Part shown: positions 48,681 through 62,599 of the stretch, one piece after another | Layout: the number at the start of each line of letters is the position of its first letter | Numbering within the stretch: position 1 is the first letter of the stretch | Assembly: GCF_030144855.1 (NCBI RefSeq) | Contig: NC_082720.1 | Span: forward strand, 66,030,001-66,094,000 | DNA from: Hypanus sabinus | Lineage: Eukaryota | Reading direction: 5' to 3' | Length of the DNA stretch: 64,000 nt | The notes under the pieces: generated by a model | The model's database searches: none | What the model was told of the DNA's origin: nothing | The model's input: only the letters and a program-made list of their open reading frames with translations | Position numbers and translations under genes: made by a program

Positions 48681-49744
48681 AATACCAAGAATGGGGATAA
48701 GAATCAGAATTATTATCACTGGTGTGTGTCATGAAATTTGTTAACTTTGCAGCAACAGTTCAATGCAATACATAATACAGAAGAGGAATAAATAACTAAA
48801 TAAATAAATAATGAATTACTGTATACATACTGTATATTGAATAGACTAAAAATCATGCAAAAACAGAAACAATGTACTGTATATTAAAAAAAAGTGAGGT
48901 AGTGCCCAAGCATTCAATATCCATTTAGGAATCAGATGGTAGAGAGAAAGAAGCTGTTCCTGAATCACTGAGTGTATTCCTTCAGGCTCTGTACCTCCAA
49001 CCAGATGGCAACAGTGAGAAAATGGTGCACCCTGGATGCTGGGGGTACTTAATAATAGACACTGCCTTTCTGAGAAACCAGTCCTTGAAGATGTTCTGGG
49101 TATTTTGTAGGCTACTACACGAGATGGAGCCAAATAAATTTAAAACTCTCTGCAGCCTTTTTCGGTCCTGTGCAGTAACCACACCCCCCACCTCCCACCC
49201 CATTGTTGCAGCATCAGAATGCTCTCCACAGTACATCTATAGAAGTTTTTGAGTTTTTGTTGACATATCTAATCTCTTCAAACTCATAATGAAGTATAGA
49301 TGGTTTTTGAGCTATGCCTAGCTACATGGTCATGGATATAGAGAGATTAGAGCAGCGGTGTAAGCACACACCCCTGAGGTGCACCAGTGTTGATTGTCAG
49401 TGAGGAAGAGATGTTATCTCCAATCCGCAAAGATTGTGGTCTTCTGATTAGGAAGTCAAGGATCTAGTTCCAGAGAGAGATACTGAGGTCCAGGTTCTCT
49501 AACTTCTCAAACAGGATTTTGGGAATGATGATGTTAAATACTGAGCTATAGTCGATGAACAGCATCCTGACATATGTGCTTGTATTGTCTAGGTGGTCTA
49601 AGTTCATGTGAAGAGCCACTGCGATTGTGTCTGCCATTGACCTATTGCAGTAATAGGCAAATTGCAGTGTGTCCAGGTCCTTGCTGAGGCAAGAGTTCAA
49701 TCTATTTATGACCAACCTCTCAAAGAATTTCATCACTGTAGATG

Positions 49745-52700
49745 TGTGATGAGATCTGAAGGATTATCCAATATGAACTGTTACTTTAAAAAGAGAGAGA
49801 GCAGGAACATGTGTGTGCTATTTCAGTGAGAGAGAGTGCAACAAAAAGCCTGTGAGTTACCTTGTAAAAGGCAAGGCGGAGCTATGTGACGGACATCTGG
49901 TGTTCAGCAGTTATGAAATATATACAAAGTCAACTGGCTTTGTAATTAGACATGCCAGAGACAAGGAAGACACTGACACTGGTTGAACTTTGTGTGCTCA
50001 CGACAAAGGTGGGGTTTTTGATCACAGTGTAAACAAAGGGGTAACCGGTGGAAAGCTATCAGTGTGTTTAACCCTTGCCTGTGTTGATAGCTTTACAGTG
50101 CAAAACTGGCATTCTTGTTCATGTGGTGACAGTCAGCGACTTTAATAAGTTTCAGGAGCAGGCCAACAACGTGGAAAATTCTACGGCATCGGCTCTGGGA
50201 AGACTAAACATCTCTCTTTCTCTTCAAACCACTCAATTCAATATCCGGAACTGAACTGACTGCATACCTATACCTTCGTGAGACTGTATCATTTCACCAC
50301 TTAAGCTTGAAGAAGTTTGGGAACTTTATTTACTCACTCATATATGCATATACACGGCTAACCAGTTTGCCTAATCTTGTTTTATATTACTTTACTATGT
50401 AGTTACTAATAAAATAGAGTTTGTAACAAAAGACTCAGACTCCAGGTGTGTCCATTTCTACTGGTCCTTTTTAACCCATTACGGGATATGTAACAAAATT
50501 GGGGGCTCGTCTGGGATATTATCACTTTATTGGGAGCCGTTCTAAAAAAATTGGGGGCTTGATTGAATAGTTAATTTGATTGTGACAAATCTCTTTTGAT
50601 TTGTGTGAGTGGAATATTAGCAGAAATTGAGTTTCAGGTTAATAAGTTTGTGGCAGAACCAACCCTTGAGGCATTGGATGATGCTAAGAGGGATGTGTTG
50701 TTGGGAATTGCTCATAAATTAAAAGTTAAGGTAACTACAAGAATGAAGAAGGCTCAGATGCAGCTATTAATAGCACAGCATTATGTATCCAAGGGAATAT
50801 TTGAAGTGGAGGTGTTGAAAATGTTTGCTGAATGTGAAGTAGTTACCGAGGCTGAGGTTCAGCTTCAGGCAGCAAAAATGAAGTATGAGTATGACTTGCA
50901 ATTAAAATGGCTCGATGCTGAGGAGGCAGAATAACAGGGGGAGTTCAAGAGGGAGAAACCTATGTACTTCAATCGCTGGTAATGCTTGGAAGGGTTAACT
51001 GAGGGTTTGGATGTCTTGAAAGAGCTGGTCTTGATTGAAGATTTTAAGAGGTGTGATCCATTGGTCTAAGGGCATACCTAGATGAAAAGGATGCTGCTGC
51101 ACTGCAAGAGTCTGCTAGGTTAGCAAATGAGGATGTTTTAACATACAAGGTTGAGTATACTCCAGATGAGAGTTTCCCAGAGAATAGCTGGGAAAATCAG
51201 GGGAACGTGTAATTTGAAACTGGGACTAGTAATGGAAGCCTTGAAGAGGTAGCTGTCCTGATTCCCTGTGTTCAGGTTGTTGAAGCACCTGTGAAATCCC
51301 AGGGTTCTAAACCTTGTGTTGAAACTCAGTTAAGGTCTGAGGTGAATGACTCGGTTGAAAAGGAGTGTGGTCCTTTTGTGTCAGATGGACGTGGTTCAGT
51401 GAATAAAGGGTTAACCTTGGTACCAGTGAAAGTTGAAGATTCTCAGTCACTTGTGTTAGATGGTGTTCTAAAAGAAAGTGATGAGATGAAAGCTGGTTAG
51501 GTAAATATTGAAAATATTGTTAAGGGTGCTGTTTCTGGATTTTTGAATAAAGAACTTGTGAAGTTTGGATTGGTTTCATGATCTTTGACCCTGCTTTCAG
51601 GACAATGGCCTGTTGAAGTATGTGCCAGTTTGTTAAATTTTGTTCTGCCATTTGAATGTAAACACCCTCAAGACTGTGTGTTATTTTTCACAATTGTTTT
51701 GGTTGGAAAAGGGCACCTGCAGGGATTACTGCAGAGACAGATTGAGCTAAAGGTTGTAGAAATAGAATAAATGGATCATTTGGGATGTTTCATAATGTAC
51801 ATATGGTTTTTGTAAGTCTAGTGATTGTACTGAGTTGGCACTTATCCAGGCTAAAATGTATTCAGCAGTACAGCTAACAAGCCAGCCTGTTGCTGATGAC
51901 CCCCAAATGGATACTGATGTTTACCCTACATGCGCAGTAACCCAAAGCATGTCTGAAAAGTCTGCTGATGCAGATAGTTTGGGGCAGGGGGATTCTGATA
52001 CCCATGATAGCAAAGACAGGGGTTCAAATCATAATGATTTGTCAGAGCCTTTTCTACCTTCCATGTTATAGCAGGATTTGGATAGTAAGGAGGATGAGAA
52101 GGTTTGTCCTTGTCCAGGGATGAATTTATAGCAGAACAAAGCCGGAATTCTGAAATTGCTGTGTTAAAGGAGACAGCTCTCACAGAAGAGGAAGTTCAGA
52201 GAGAGTCAGTCAGATATTATGTTAAGGATAGGGTGTTAATGATGAAGTGGAGACCACCTACAGTGTCTGCAAGTGAGGATTGGGCCATTGAACATCAAGT
52301 TGTGGTCCCGAAAGTTTACAGGGCTGAGATTTTAAACATGGCTCATAGTATGCCTTTATGTGGACATTTTGGAGTGAGAAAGGCAGTGAAAAGGATAATG
52401 AAGGAATTATACTGGCCTAGTTCTACTGTGGAAAGCAGCAGTGTGAGTGAGTGGAAATTTGAGGCTTTGACTTGAGAGATTTTGGCAGTTGGACTGTGCA
52501 ATCAAGTCAATCAAGAATTGAATAGCTCAGCAGAAAGCCATTGATTAGACAATCAAGATTTGAATAGCTCAGACTCAGCAGATAGCAGCTGATTGGGCAA
52601 TCAAGGTCAGTTGATCAAGCAGTTTGAAAAGCTCAAACAAATAAATAGAAGGGTAGCTCAAGTGGAGCGGCCTGTGGTAAGCGGCCAATGAGTGAGTGGG

Positions 52701-55700
52701 CCAGTGAAGTAGTGGAGATCTGAGGCTTTGACTTGGGAGGCTTCAACAAGAAGAGGCGGAGGACGAGTTTGTTCCTAGTTGGTCTTTACAAAGCCTCCTG
52801 AGATGGTGATGTGCCTCTCCTGTGAGATGTGGCAGTCTTAGGGGAACTCCCCTCTCCCACAGAGTCACATTTGCCAGAAGTGCTTGTGGCTGGGTGATCT
52901 GGAAGACCGTGAGGGGAATCTAGAACAGCTGCTGGATGACCTTCAACTCATAAGGGAGAATGAGGCAATCATAGATGAGATTACAGGGAGGTAGTCACAC
53001 CTAAGCTGCCAGAAGCAGATCGTTGGGTGACAGTCCGAGAGGGGAAAATGAAGGAGAGTAGACAGGTAGTGTAGAGCACCCCTGTAGCCATTCCCCTGAA
53101 TAATAAGTTTACCGTCCTGGATGCTGTTAGCGAGGATGATTGACCAGGTGTGAGCCACGGTGGCAGGGCCTCTGGCACTGAGTCTGACCCTGTGGTGCAG
53201 AAGGATGGGACGGAGAAGAGGAGAACTGTCGTCATTGGAGACTCTATAGTCAGGGGAGCAGACGGGAAATTGTGTGGATGTGAAAAGGAAACCCACTAGG
53301 TTTGTTGCCTCACAGGTGCTAGGGACAGGATGCCGCTGACCAGGTGCATGACATCCTGGTATGAGAGGGAAAGCAACCAGAAGTCGTGGTACATGTTGGT
53401 ACAAACAACATAGGCAGGAAGAGGGATGAGGTCCTGAACTGTGAGTTTTGGGAACTAGGCAGAAGGCTGAAGAACAGGACCTTAAAGGTGGTGTTCTCAG
53501 GATTGCTGCCAGTACTGCATGATAGTGATGGCAAGAACTGGAGGATATGGCAGTTGAATGTGTGGCTGAGGAGTTGATGCAGGGGTCAGGGTTTTAGACT
53601 TTTGGATAGTTGGGATCTCTTCTGGGGAAGGTGGGATCTGTTCAGGTTGGATGGGTTGCACCTGAACTCGAGGGGGAGCAATATCCCTGCAGGTAGGTTT
53701 GCTAGCATGGTTCGGAAGGGTTTAAACTAATTTGCAAGGGGGATGGGACCCGGAGCGATAGAGCAGTGAAAGAATTGCATGGAGTAAAGCCAGATCTAAT
53801 ATATAGAGAGGCTTTGAGGAAAGAGAAGTGGAATAAGGGGTGTAAAAGTAGTAAGGTAGAAGGGCTAAAGTGTGTGTACTTCAATGCAAGAAGCATCAGG
53901 AACAAAGGTGATGAACTGAGAGCGTGGATACATACATGGAGTTATGACGTAATGGCCATTACGGAGACTTGGCTGGCACAAGGGCAGGAATTGATTCTCA
54001 ATATTCCTGGATTTCAGTGCTTTAAAAGGGATAGAGAGAGGGAAAAAGGGGAGGAGGGGTGGCATTACTGGTCAGGGATACCATTACAGCTGCAGAAAGG
54101 GTGGGTAATGTAGCAGGATCCTCTTTTGAGTCAGTATGGGTGGAAGTCAGGAACAGAAAGTGAACAGTTACCCTACTGGGGGTATTCTATAGGCCCATTG
54201 GTAGCAGCAGAGATACCGAGGAGCAGATTGGGAGGCAGATTTTGGAAAGGTGCGAAAATATTAGTTCCAAGGGTTTAGATGGGGCAAAATTTGTTAAGTT
54301 GTCCAGGATGGATTCTTGTCATGGTATGTTGACAGGCGGATTGAGGGAATGCCATACTAGATCTAGTATTAGGTAACGAACCGGGTCAGTTCACAGATCT
54401 GTCAATGGGTGAGCATCTGGGAGACGGTGATCACCACTCCCTGACCTTTAGCATTATCATGGAAAAGGATAGAATCAGAGAGGACAGGAACATTTTTAAT
54501 TGGGGAAGGGAAAATTATGAGGCTATAGGGCTAGAACTTGCGGGTGTGAATTGGGATGATGTTTTTGCAGGGAAATGTACTATGGACATGTGTTCGATGT
54601 TTAAGGATCTCTTGCAAGATGTCAGGGATAAATTTGTCCCGGTGAGGAAGATAAAGAATGGTAGGGTGAAGGAACCATGGGTGACAAGTGAAGTGGAAAT
54701 CTAGTCAGGTGGAAGAAGGCAGCATACATGAGGTTTAGGAAGCAAAGATCAGATGGGTCTATTGAGGAATATAGGGTAGCAAGAAAGGAGCTTAAGAAGG
54801 AGCTGAGAAGAGCAAGAATGGGGCATGAGAAGGCCTTGATGAGTAGGGTAAAGAAAAACCCCAAGGCATTCTTCAATTATGTGAAGAACAAAAGGATGAT
54901 AGGAGTGAAGTTAGGACCGATTAGAAATAAATGTGGGAAGATGTGCCTAGAGGCTGTGGAAGAGAGCGAGGTCCTCAATGAGTACTTTTCTTCGGTATTC
55001 ACCACTGAGAGGGTGATGACAGCGAGGACAATATGAGTGAGGTTGATGTTCTGCAGCATGTTGATATTAAGGGAGAGGAGGTGTTGGAGTTGCTAAAATA
55101 CATTAGGATGGATAAGTCCCCAGGGCCTGACGGAATATTCCCCAGGCTGCTCCACGAGGCAAGGGAAGAGATTGCTGAGCCTCTGGCAAGGATCTTTAAG
55201 TCTTAGTTGTCCACGGGAATGGTACCGGAGGATTGGAGGGAGGTGAATGTTGTTCCCTTGTTCAAAAAAGGTAGCAGGGATAGTCCAGGTAATTATAGAC
55301 CAGTGAGCCTTACATCTGTGGTGGGAAAGCTGTTGGAAAAGATTCCTAGAGATAAGATCTATGGGCATTTAGAGAATCATGGTCTGATTAGGGACAGTCA
55401 GCATGGCTTTGTGAAGGGCAGATCATGACTAACAAGCCTGATAGAGTTCTTTGAGGAGGTGACCAGGCATATAGATGAGGGAAGTGCAGTGGATGTGATC
55501 TACATGGATTTCAGAAAGGCATTTGACAAGGTTCCACACGATAGGCTTATTCAGAAAGTCAGAAGGCATGGAATCCAGGGAAGTTTGGCCAGGTGGATTC
55601 AGAATTGGATTGCCTACAGAAGGCAGAGGGTTGTGATTGAGGCAGTGCATTCAGGTTGGAGGGTTGTGACTAGTGGTGTCCCACAAGGATCTGTTCTGGG

Positions 55701-58700
55701 TCCTCTACTTTTTGTGATTTTTATTAATGACTTGGTTGTGGGGGTAGAAGGGTGGATTGGCAAGGTTACAGATGACACAAAGTTTGGTGGTGTTGTAGAC
55801 TGTGTAGAGGATTGTTAAAGATTGCAGAGGGACATTGACAGGATGCAGAAGTGGGCTGAGAAGTGGCAGATGGATTTCAACCCAGATAAGTGTGAGGTGG
55901 TACACTTTGGAAGGACAAACTCCAAGGCAGAATGCAAAATAAATGGCAGGATACTTGGTAATGTGGAGGAGCAGAGGGATCTGGAGGTACATGTCCACAG
56001 ATCCCTGAACATTGCCTCACAGGTGGATAGGGTAGTTAAGAAAGCTTATGGGGTGTTAGCTTTCGTAAGTCGTGGGATAGAGTTTAAGAGACGCAATGTA
56101 ATGATGCAGCTCTATAAAATTCTAATTAGGCCACACTTGCAGTACTGTGTCCAGTTCTGGTTGCCTCACTATAGGAAAGATATGGAAGCATTGGAAAGGG
56201 TACAGAGGAGGTTTACCAGGATGCTGCCTGGTTTAGAGTGTATGCATTATGATCAGAGATTAAGGGAGCTGGGGTTTTACTCTTTGGAGAGAAGAAGGAT
56301 GAAAGGAGACATGATAGAGGTGTACAAGATATTAAGAGGAATAGACAGAGTGGACAGCCAGCGCTTCTTCCCCAGGGCACCACTGCTCAGTACAAGAGGA
56401 CATGGCTTTAAGGTCAGGGGACGGAAGTTCAAAGGGGATATTAGAGGATGGTTTTTCACTCAGAGAGTGGTTGGTGCATAGAATGCACTGCCTGAGTCAG
56501 TGGTGGAGGCAGATACACTAGTGAAGTTTAAGCAACTACTAAATAGGTATATGGAGGAATTAAGGTGGGGAGTTATATGGGAGGCAGGGTTTGAGGGTTG
56601 GCACAACTTTGTGGGCCAAAGGGCCTGTAATGTGCTGTACTATTCTATGTTCTAGGTTCTGTGTTCTAATTTAAGAAAGGATGTTGTGAAATATTGCAGG
56701 ACCTGCCATACCTGTCAGGCTGTGGGGAAACCTAATTGGGTTATTCAAGTAGCATCAATTAAACCGATACCTGCTTTTGGTGAAACTTTTTCTAGGGTCA
56801 TAGTGGATTGTGCTGGCCCATTGCCAAAGACTTTGATTATCTGTTAACAATAATACGTGCTGTGTCTAGGTTCCCTGAAGTAGTGCATCTCAGAAACATC
56901 AAGGCCAAGACTGTGGTAAAAGCATTCATCAAGTTTTTCACACTCTTAGGTCTGCCCAAAGAAATTCAATCTGACCAGGGTAGTAACTTTACTTCAAGGA
57001 CATTCCAGGGGATAGTTAAAGAACTGCGAGCTAAGCACATTGTGTCATCTGCCTATCACCTGGAGTCCCAGGGAGCCTTGGAACAGTTCTACTCCACTCT
57101 TAGGACCATGATTAAAACATATTGTGTGGAAAATGGGAAAAAACTGGGATAAAGGGATTCACTTACTTCTATTCACTGTTAGAGATTTCATTCAAGAAAC
57201 ATTGGGGTTCTGTCCATTTGAACTTTTTTTAGTCACAAAGGTAAAGGACCTTTCCTTTAACACTACTCAGAGAGCAGTGGTCTGATCAGAAAATGTGTGT
57301 ATGTGTACTTAGTTATATTTTGGAATTCAGAGATAGACCTAACAAGGCTTGTGACCTTGCGAGGCAGAATTGTCAGTACTCTCAGATAAAGATGAAGCTC
57401 TGGTATGACAGGAAAGCAAGAGAACAAGTATATCGTGTTGGAGATAATGTTCTGGTGCTGTTCCTCCTCTTTATCAACCCCCTTCAAGTGAGATTTAGTG
57501 GACCATATGAGATAACTAAGAACGTTGATTTTTTTGAAAGATGTTATTAGAACTCATGACTGATGGAAGGCTACTCAAGTTGTGCACGTAAACATGTTCA
57601 AGCCTTCTCATGACACAGAGACTTCACCTGTGAATACTGTTATGACAACGGATAAAGTTGTGGAGACTGGTACCAAGATACCAGATAATTTTAACGGGCT
57701 CAGTGTAGTCTCCACAAGGCTCAAAAATTCTGATGCTTTCAAAAATATTGACAGAGAAATCCATCATTTCCAACCAAAGCAGCAAAACAATTAACTAGCA
57801 AGTATAAAGATTTATTCCCTGACATTCCAAGAGAGCATACAGCTGCAGTACATGATGTGATTGTAGATAAAATTGATCCAATTAAGCAACACCCTTACAG
57901 AATGAACCAAGACAAAAATAAAATGGTTAAACAAGCAATTGAATACATGCTGACAGCCGGCAATATTAGGCCATCTACCTCAGACTGCGCCTCACCCTGT
58001 GTTATTGAACCTAAGCCAGGTGGAAGCATGAGATTCTGTACTGACTACTGGAAAGTTAATGCAATAACCAAGACAGATGCCTATACTATCCCAAGAGTGG
58101 ATGACTGTATTGATAGTGGGAAAGGCTAAATACCTTACAAATAGAGACCTGTTAAAAGGATACTGGTGTGTTCCTTTGACAGAAAGCGCTAAAGTAATAT
58201 CAGCAATTGTGACACCATCTGGACTGTATGAGTACAGAGTTTTACCCTTTGGGATGAAAAATGCTCCAGGGACATTCTAAAGGATGATGAATTACCTGAT
58301 GCGTGGTTTAGAAAATACAGAGGCTTATTTTGATGATTTTGTTGTATGGAATGAGACATGTGAGGAGCATATCACAGCAGTAGAGAAATTGTTTGAAAGG
58401 CTGTCCAAAGCGAATCTTACTGTAAACCTCTCTAAAAGTGAATTTGGCATGCCACTGTCACGTATCTTGGTTATGTAGTAGGCCAGGGCCAACTGGCTCC
58501 TGTACAGGCCAAAGTTCAGGCTATTGATGAGGCTCCTGTTCTGATGGGCAAGAAAGCATTGTGGAGGTTTTTTGGAATGGTTAGGTATTATCGTAAGTTT
58601 TGTAAGAACTTGCAGACATTGCTCTCTCTCTAATGAAACTCCAAGAGAAGAGTGAAAAATTTGTGTGGAATGACCTTTGCTAAGAGGTATTTGACTGCCG

Positions 58701-60022
58701 GAATACCATCCTGTGTTATCATCCTGTGCTCAAAGCACCTGATTTTAATAAACCATTTTCAATCATGGTAGAGACTAGTGATGGAGCTGCCGGAGCAGTA
58801 TTGTTTCCAAAGGATGATGATGAAATTGAACATCCAGTGCTTAGTTCTCAAATAAATTTAATGCACACAGAAAAATTACTCCACTGTTGCAAAAGATTTG
58901 CTATCACTCATTTTAGCATTGCAACATTTTGATGTGTACATATATCCTGCGCAGAAGCCACTTGTGTTTTACACTGACCATAATCCATTAGTGTTTCTGA
59001 GGAAAATGAAGGATAAGAATAGAAGGTTACTTAACTGGAGTCTGATCTTGCAAAAATATAACATGGAAATAAAACACATGGAAGTTACTGACAACATTAT
59101 AGCTGACTGTTTGTCTAGATGTTAAGTTTAAGTTTGTATATGCTTTGCTATGTTACCTGATAATTACACATGTATTGCTTTAAGTTGTATAATCGATAGT
59201 TAAGACAAACATTTTGCTCCGTGATCAAATTTTTTCTTAAAAGGAGGGAGGTGTGACGATATCTGAAGGATTATCCAATATTGACTGTTTCTTTAAAAAG
59301 AGAGGGAGAGAGAGAGTGGGAAAGCGTGTGTGCTATTTCACAGAGAGAGAGAGAGAGAGAGAACAACAAAAAGCCTCTGAGCTGACTTGGAAATGGCAAG
59401 GCAGAGCTATATGATGGACAGCCGGTATTCAGCAGTTGTGGAACATATACAAGGTCGACTGGCTTTGTAATTAGACACGCCAGAGACAGGGAAGACACTG
59501 ACACTGGTTGAGCTTTGTGTGTCCATGACAAAGATGGGGTTTTTGCTCACAGTGTGGACAAAGGGGTGACTGGTGGAAAACTATCGGTGTGTTTAACCCT
59601 CGCCTAGGTTGATAGCTTTATCGTGGAAAACCGACATTCTCGTTTGTGTGTTCACAGTCGGTGAATTTAATAAGTTTCGGGAACAGGAGGACAACGTGGA
59701 AGATTGGATGGTGTTGGCACTGGGAAGACAGAACATCTCTCTCTCTCTCTTCAAACCACTCAATTCAATATCCAGAACTGAACTGCCTGCATAAGTATAC
59801 CTTCGTAAGACTGTATCATTTCACCACCTAAGCTTGAAGAAGTTTGGGAAGTTTATTTACTCACTCATATATGCATATACATGGCTAACCTGTTTGCCTT
59901 ACCTTGTTTTATATTACTTTACCACGTAGTTTCTAATAAAATAGAGTTTGCAGCAAAAGACTCAGACTCCAGGTATGTCCATTTCTGCTGGTCTTTTTTA
60001 ACCCATTATGGGGTACATAACA
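49745..60022 (+). mobile_element. Gmr1-like Ty3/Gypsy LTR retrotransposon (integrase upstream of RT/RNase H), decayed
   Basis: LTRs at 49745-50495 and 59252-60022, both TGTGA...AACA. PBS TGGGGGCTCGTCTGGGAT at 50500-50517; PPT AAAAGGAGGGAGG at 59239-59251; 4-bp TSD GATG/AATG. Order: gag, then IN (HSMPLCGHFG / CRTCHTC, IVDC.GPL, EIQSDQGSNF at 52340-57150), then RT (PIKQHPYR, RFCTDY, LPFGMKNAP, YFDDFVV at 57857-58480), then RNase H (ETSDGAAGAVL, YTDHNPLVFL). Confidence 0.93.
52420..56668 (+). mobile_element. Full-length CR1 LINE (5' UTR, ORF1 zinc finger plus esterase, ORF2 APE-RT, 3' microsatellite), inactivated by stops and frameshifts
   Basis: ORF1 CLSCEMW...CQKC and VIGDSIVRG...VHVGTNNIG. 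ORF2 LKCVYFNARSIRNKGDEL, DKSPGPD, SGVPQGSVLGPLLF and the 219-aa C-terminal ORF 55822..56481. The tail is (TTCTATG/GTTCTA)n. Confidence 0.93.
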
Positions 60023-62599
60023 AATGTGAGTGGTACTGGGTGATAGTTATTAAGGCAGCTCACATTATTCTTATTAGACATTGGTATAATTGTTGCCTTT
60101 TTGAAGCAAATGGAAACTTCTTCCCATTGCAATGAGAGATTGAAAATGTCTTTGAATACTCCCGCCAGTTGGTTGGCACAAGTTTTCAGAGCTTCTCCTG
60201 GTACTGTGTCAGACTTTCTGCCTTGTGAGGGTTAACCCTCTTTGGTAGTATTCCTCAATGGGCATTAAGGATTTCTATCAAAGGTTGCAGCGGAATTTAG
60301 ATCAGCTGGAAAAATGGGCTGAAAAATCGCAGGTGGAATTTAATGCAGGTAAGTGTGAGTTGTTGGACTTTGGGAAGGCAAACCAAGGTAGGACTTGCAC
60401 AGTGAGGAGCTGAGTCACAGAGAAGGATTCAATAGGTTAGTAATTTATCCCTTACAGCATAGAAGAATGAGGGGTGTGTCATGATGTGGATTAGCAATGT
60501 TGGAACCCAAATACAGAGGAAAGACAGACTCTGATGTACAGACAGCAACCAGAGTTTACTCATAAGAATTCCAATAAAACATCGGTGGTTCAGCTGAGTG
60601 ACACTATGAGACATAACATTCTCAAAAGTAAGACCCCACAATTACTGCTAAAAGGGCATCTGCTTAAACAATATTACTAACACATAACCCCAAGACAATC
60701 CAAATTTTAGAAGTTTAAACAGAAAGAACTAGGAGACTGCATTACAATGACTGAGTCATTTGAGTGAAAGCATAAAGAACTCTAAACAATTAACAACTCT
60801 TGTTAAAGAACAATGTACCATTTCATGTGCACTAAAAACTTCAGAGCCCAACACTCTCCAGCTCCCCACAGAAACCCAAAGAGTTCATTGCAGCTGAGAT
60901 CTCAGAGTTATAAAAAACTTATGAGGGGTATAGATAGGGTAATACAAGTAGACTTTTTTCCATTGAGGTTGCTTGAGATCAGAAATAGTGGTCATGGCTT
61001 AAGGGCAAAAGTTAAAATGTTTGAGGGGAAGTTGGGGGGAGGGTGCTCTTCACTCAGACAGTGGTGAGAGTGTGGAATGAGCTGTCAGCATAAGTAATGC
61101 GTAGGTACATGGGTGGAAGGATTATGGAGGGATCTGACAGGTCAATGGAACTCAACAGATTAATAGTTCCTCATGGAATAGATGGGTGAAAGGACCTGCT
61201 TTGTGCTGTAGTGTTCTGTGACTCTAAACATCAATTTGTTATTCTGGCTGTCAAGTTTATAATCAATGTTCTCCCATGTGATCCTCATGTTACCATCTCA
61301 AACATTAAAAACTTTCCTTAAAACGTCCACAATATTTTCTGCAAATTCCTGAAGCGAAAATCCTCAAGGATATGTCTGTAGAAGTTTTTAGTATTTAATC
61401 AGTTTTGTAAAGCTAATTTCAGCTTCCCTCTGTGTACATTTGACCCTTTTTGTGTTGCTCTGTGGGAGTTTGATATTTTGTTGCAGTTTCTCTCATGTGG
61501 AGCATTTACCCTTTCCTCCAATCACCTTAAAATTATGCCCACTTGCATTTGCCATTTTTGCCTTTGAAAATATCTCTGGTTATCTACTCTATCTATGTCT
61601 TTTGTCATCTTGCGTAGCTCTGTCAAGTCACCTCTCATTCCCCTTCACTCCACCAGAGAATGCACTAGTTTGCTCAACATATCCTCATAAGGCATCCTAT
61701 CTAATCCAAACCGCATCCCAGAAAATTTTCTCTGTACCTTCTCTAAAGCTTCCACGTATTTATTGTTTATTGTTATAATTATTATTATTATTTTTTTTGT
61801 ATTTGCAGTTTGTCATCTTTTGCACACTGATTGATCGCCCAAGTTGGTCTTTCGTTGATTTTATTATGGATATTATTCTAGTATGAACTTATTGACTATG
61901 CCTGCAAGAAAATGAACTTCAGGATTGTATATGGTGACTTAAGTGTACTTTGATATTAAGTTTACTTTAAACTTTGAACATCCTTCCTAATATGAAGTGA
62001 CCAGAACAGAACACAATATTCCAAGTGAGGTCTAACCAGAGTTTTATAGAGCTACAATATTTCCTCACCTTTTGATCTCAATACCCTGACTAATAAAAGC
62101 CAACACTTTATATGCCCTCTTAATTTCCCTATCAAATATAACTTTTGAAATGATTGTGAACTTGTTAAGTTCCCATTTTCAATTTCCTTCAGTTTCCTTT
62201 CTCAGTCGACATTTTCACTCTGTGCTAATGATGTCTGAATCCTGAACTGGAAAGGAAGAGGATGGTGTCTGTTTGTTCAGTTTCACAAGTGGTAAATACT
62301 GTGCAGAGAGCATGGGAGGCACTCAGCTTGTTATGTTTTGTTGTGCTCTGAGTTTTGCTGCTTGGTCTCTAGACTCCTTCAATGGTCTGTTTCACCAAGG
62401 TAGGTGACCTCATCTAAATTGTTGGCTTTTAGACCTTTTCCTCTTATGAATTTTTCTGTTGAAATCTACCTCTCTTCAGGTTAAACTGGGGCATCATTTA
62501 ATTTTGTTTCATGATCATTTCCTTAACTAGTTGATCAAGGAATATTCTCAGGTGATCTCTTCACACTACTTGATACATTTTTAATTTGGCCAGCAAAGG

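Larger units (their letters stand above)
48700..60240 (-). mobile_element. Rex1/Babar LINE (two halves, about 48700-49744 and 60027-60240) split by the LTR element
   Basis: MKFFERLV...QFAY..NRS.ADTI..ALH..L.HLD...YVRMLFIDYSS.FN.IIP (49464..49736). The host sequence CATCACTGTAGATG resumes as (A)ATG-TGAGTGGTACTGGG after 60022. Confidence 0.8.

Noticed and set aside
55822-56481. 219-aa ORF as a host gene or active reverse transcriptase
   Set aside because: It is the C-terminal part of a CR1 ORF2 whose upstream portion has several stops and frameshifts.
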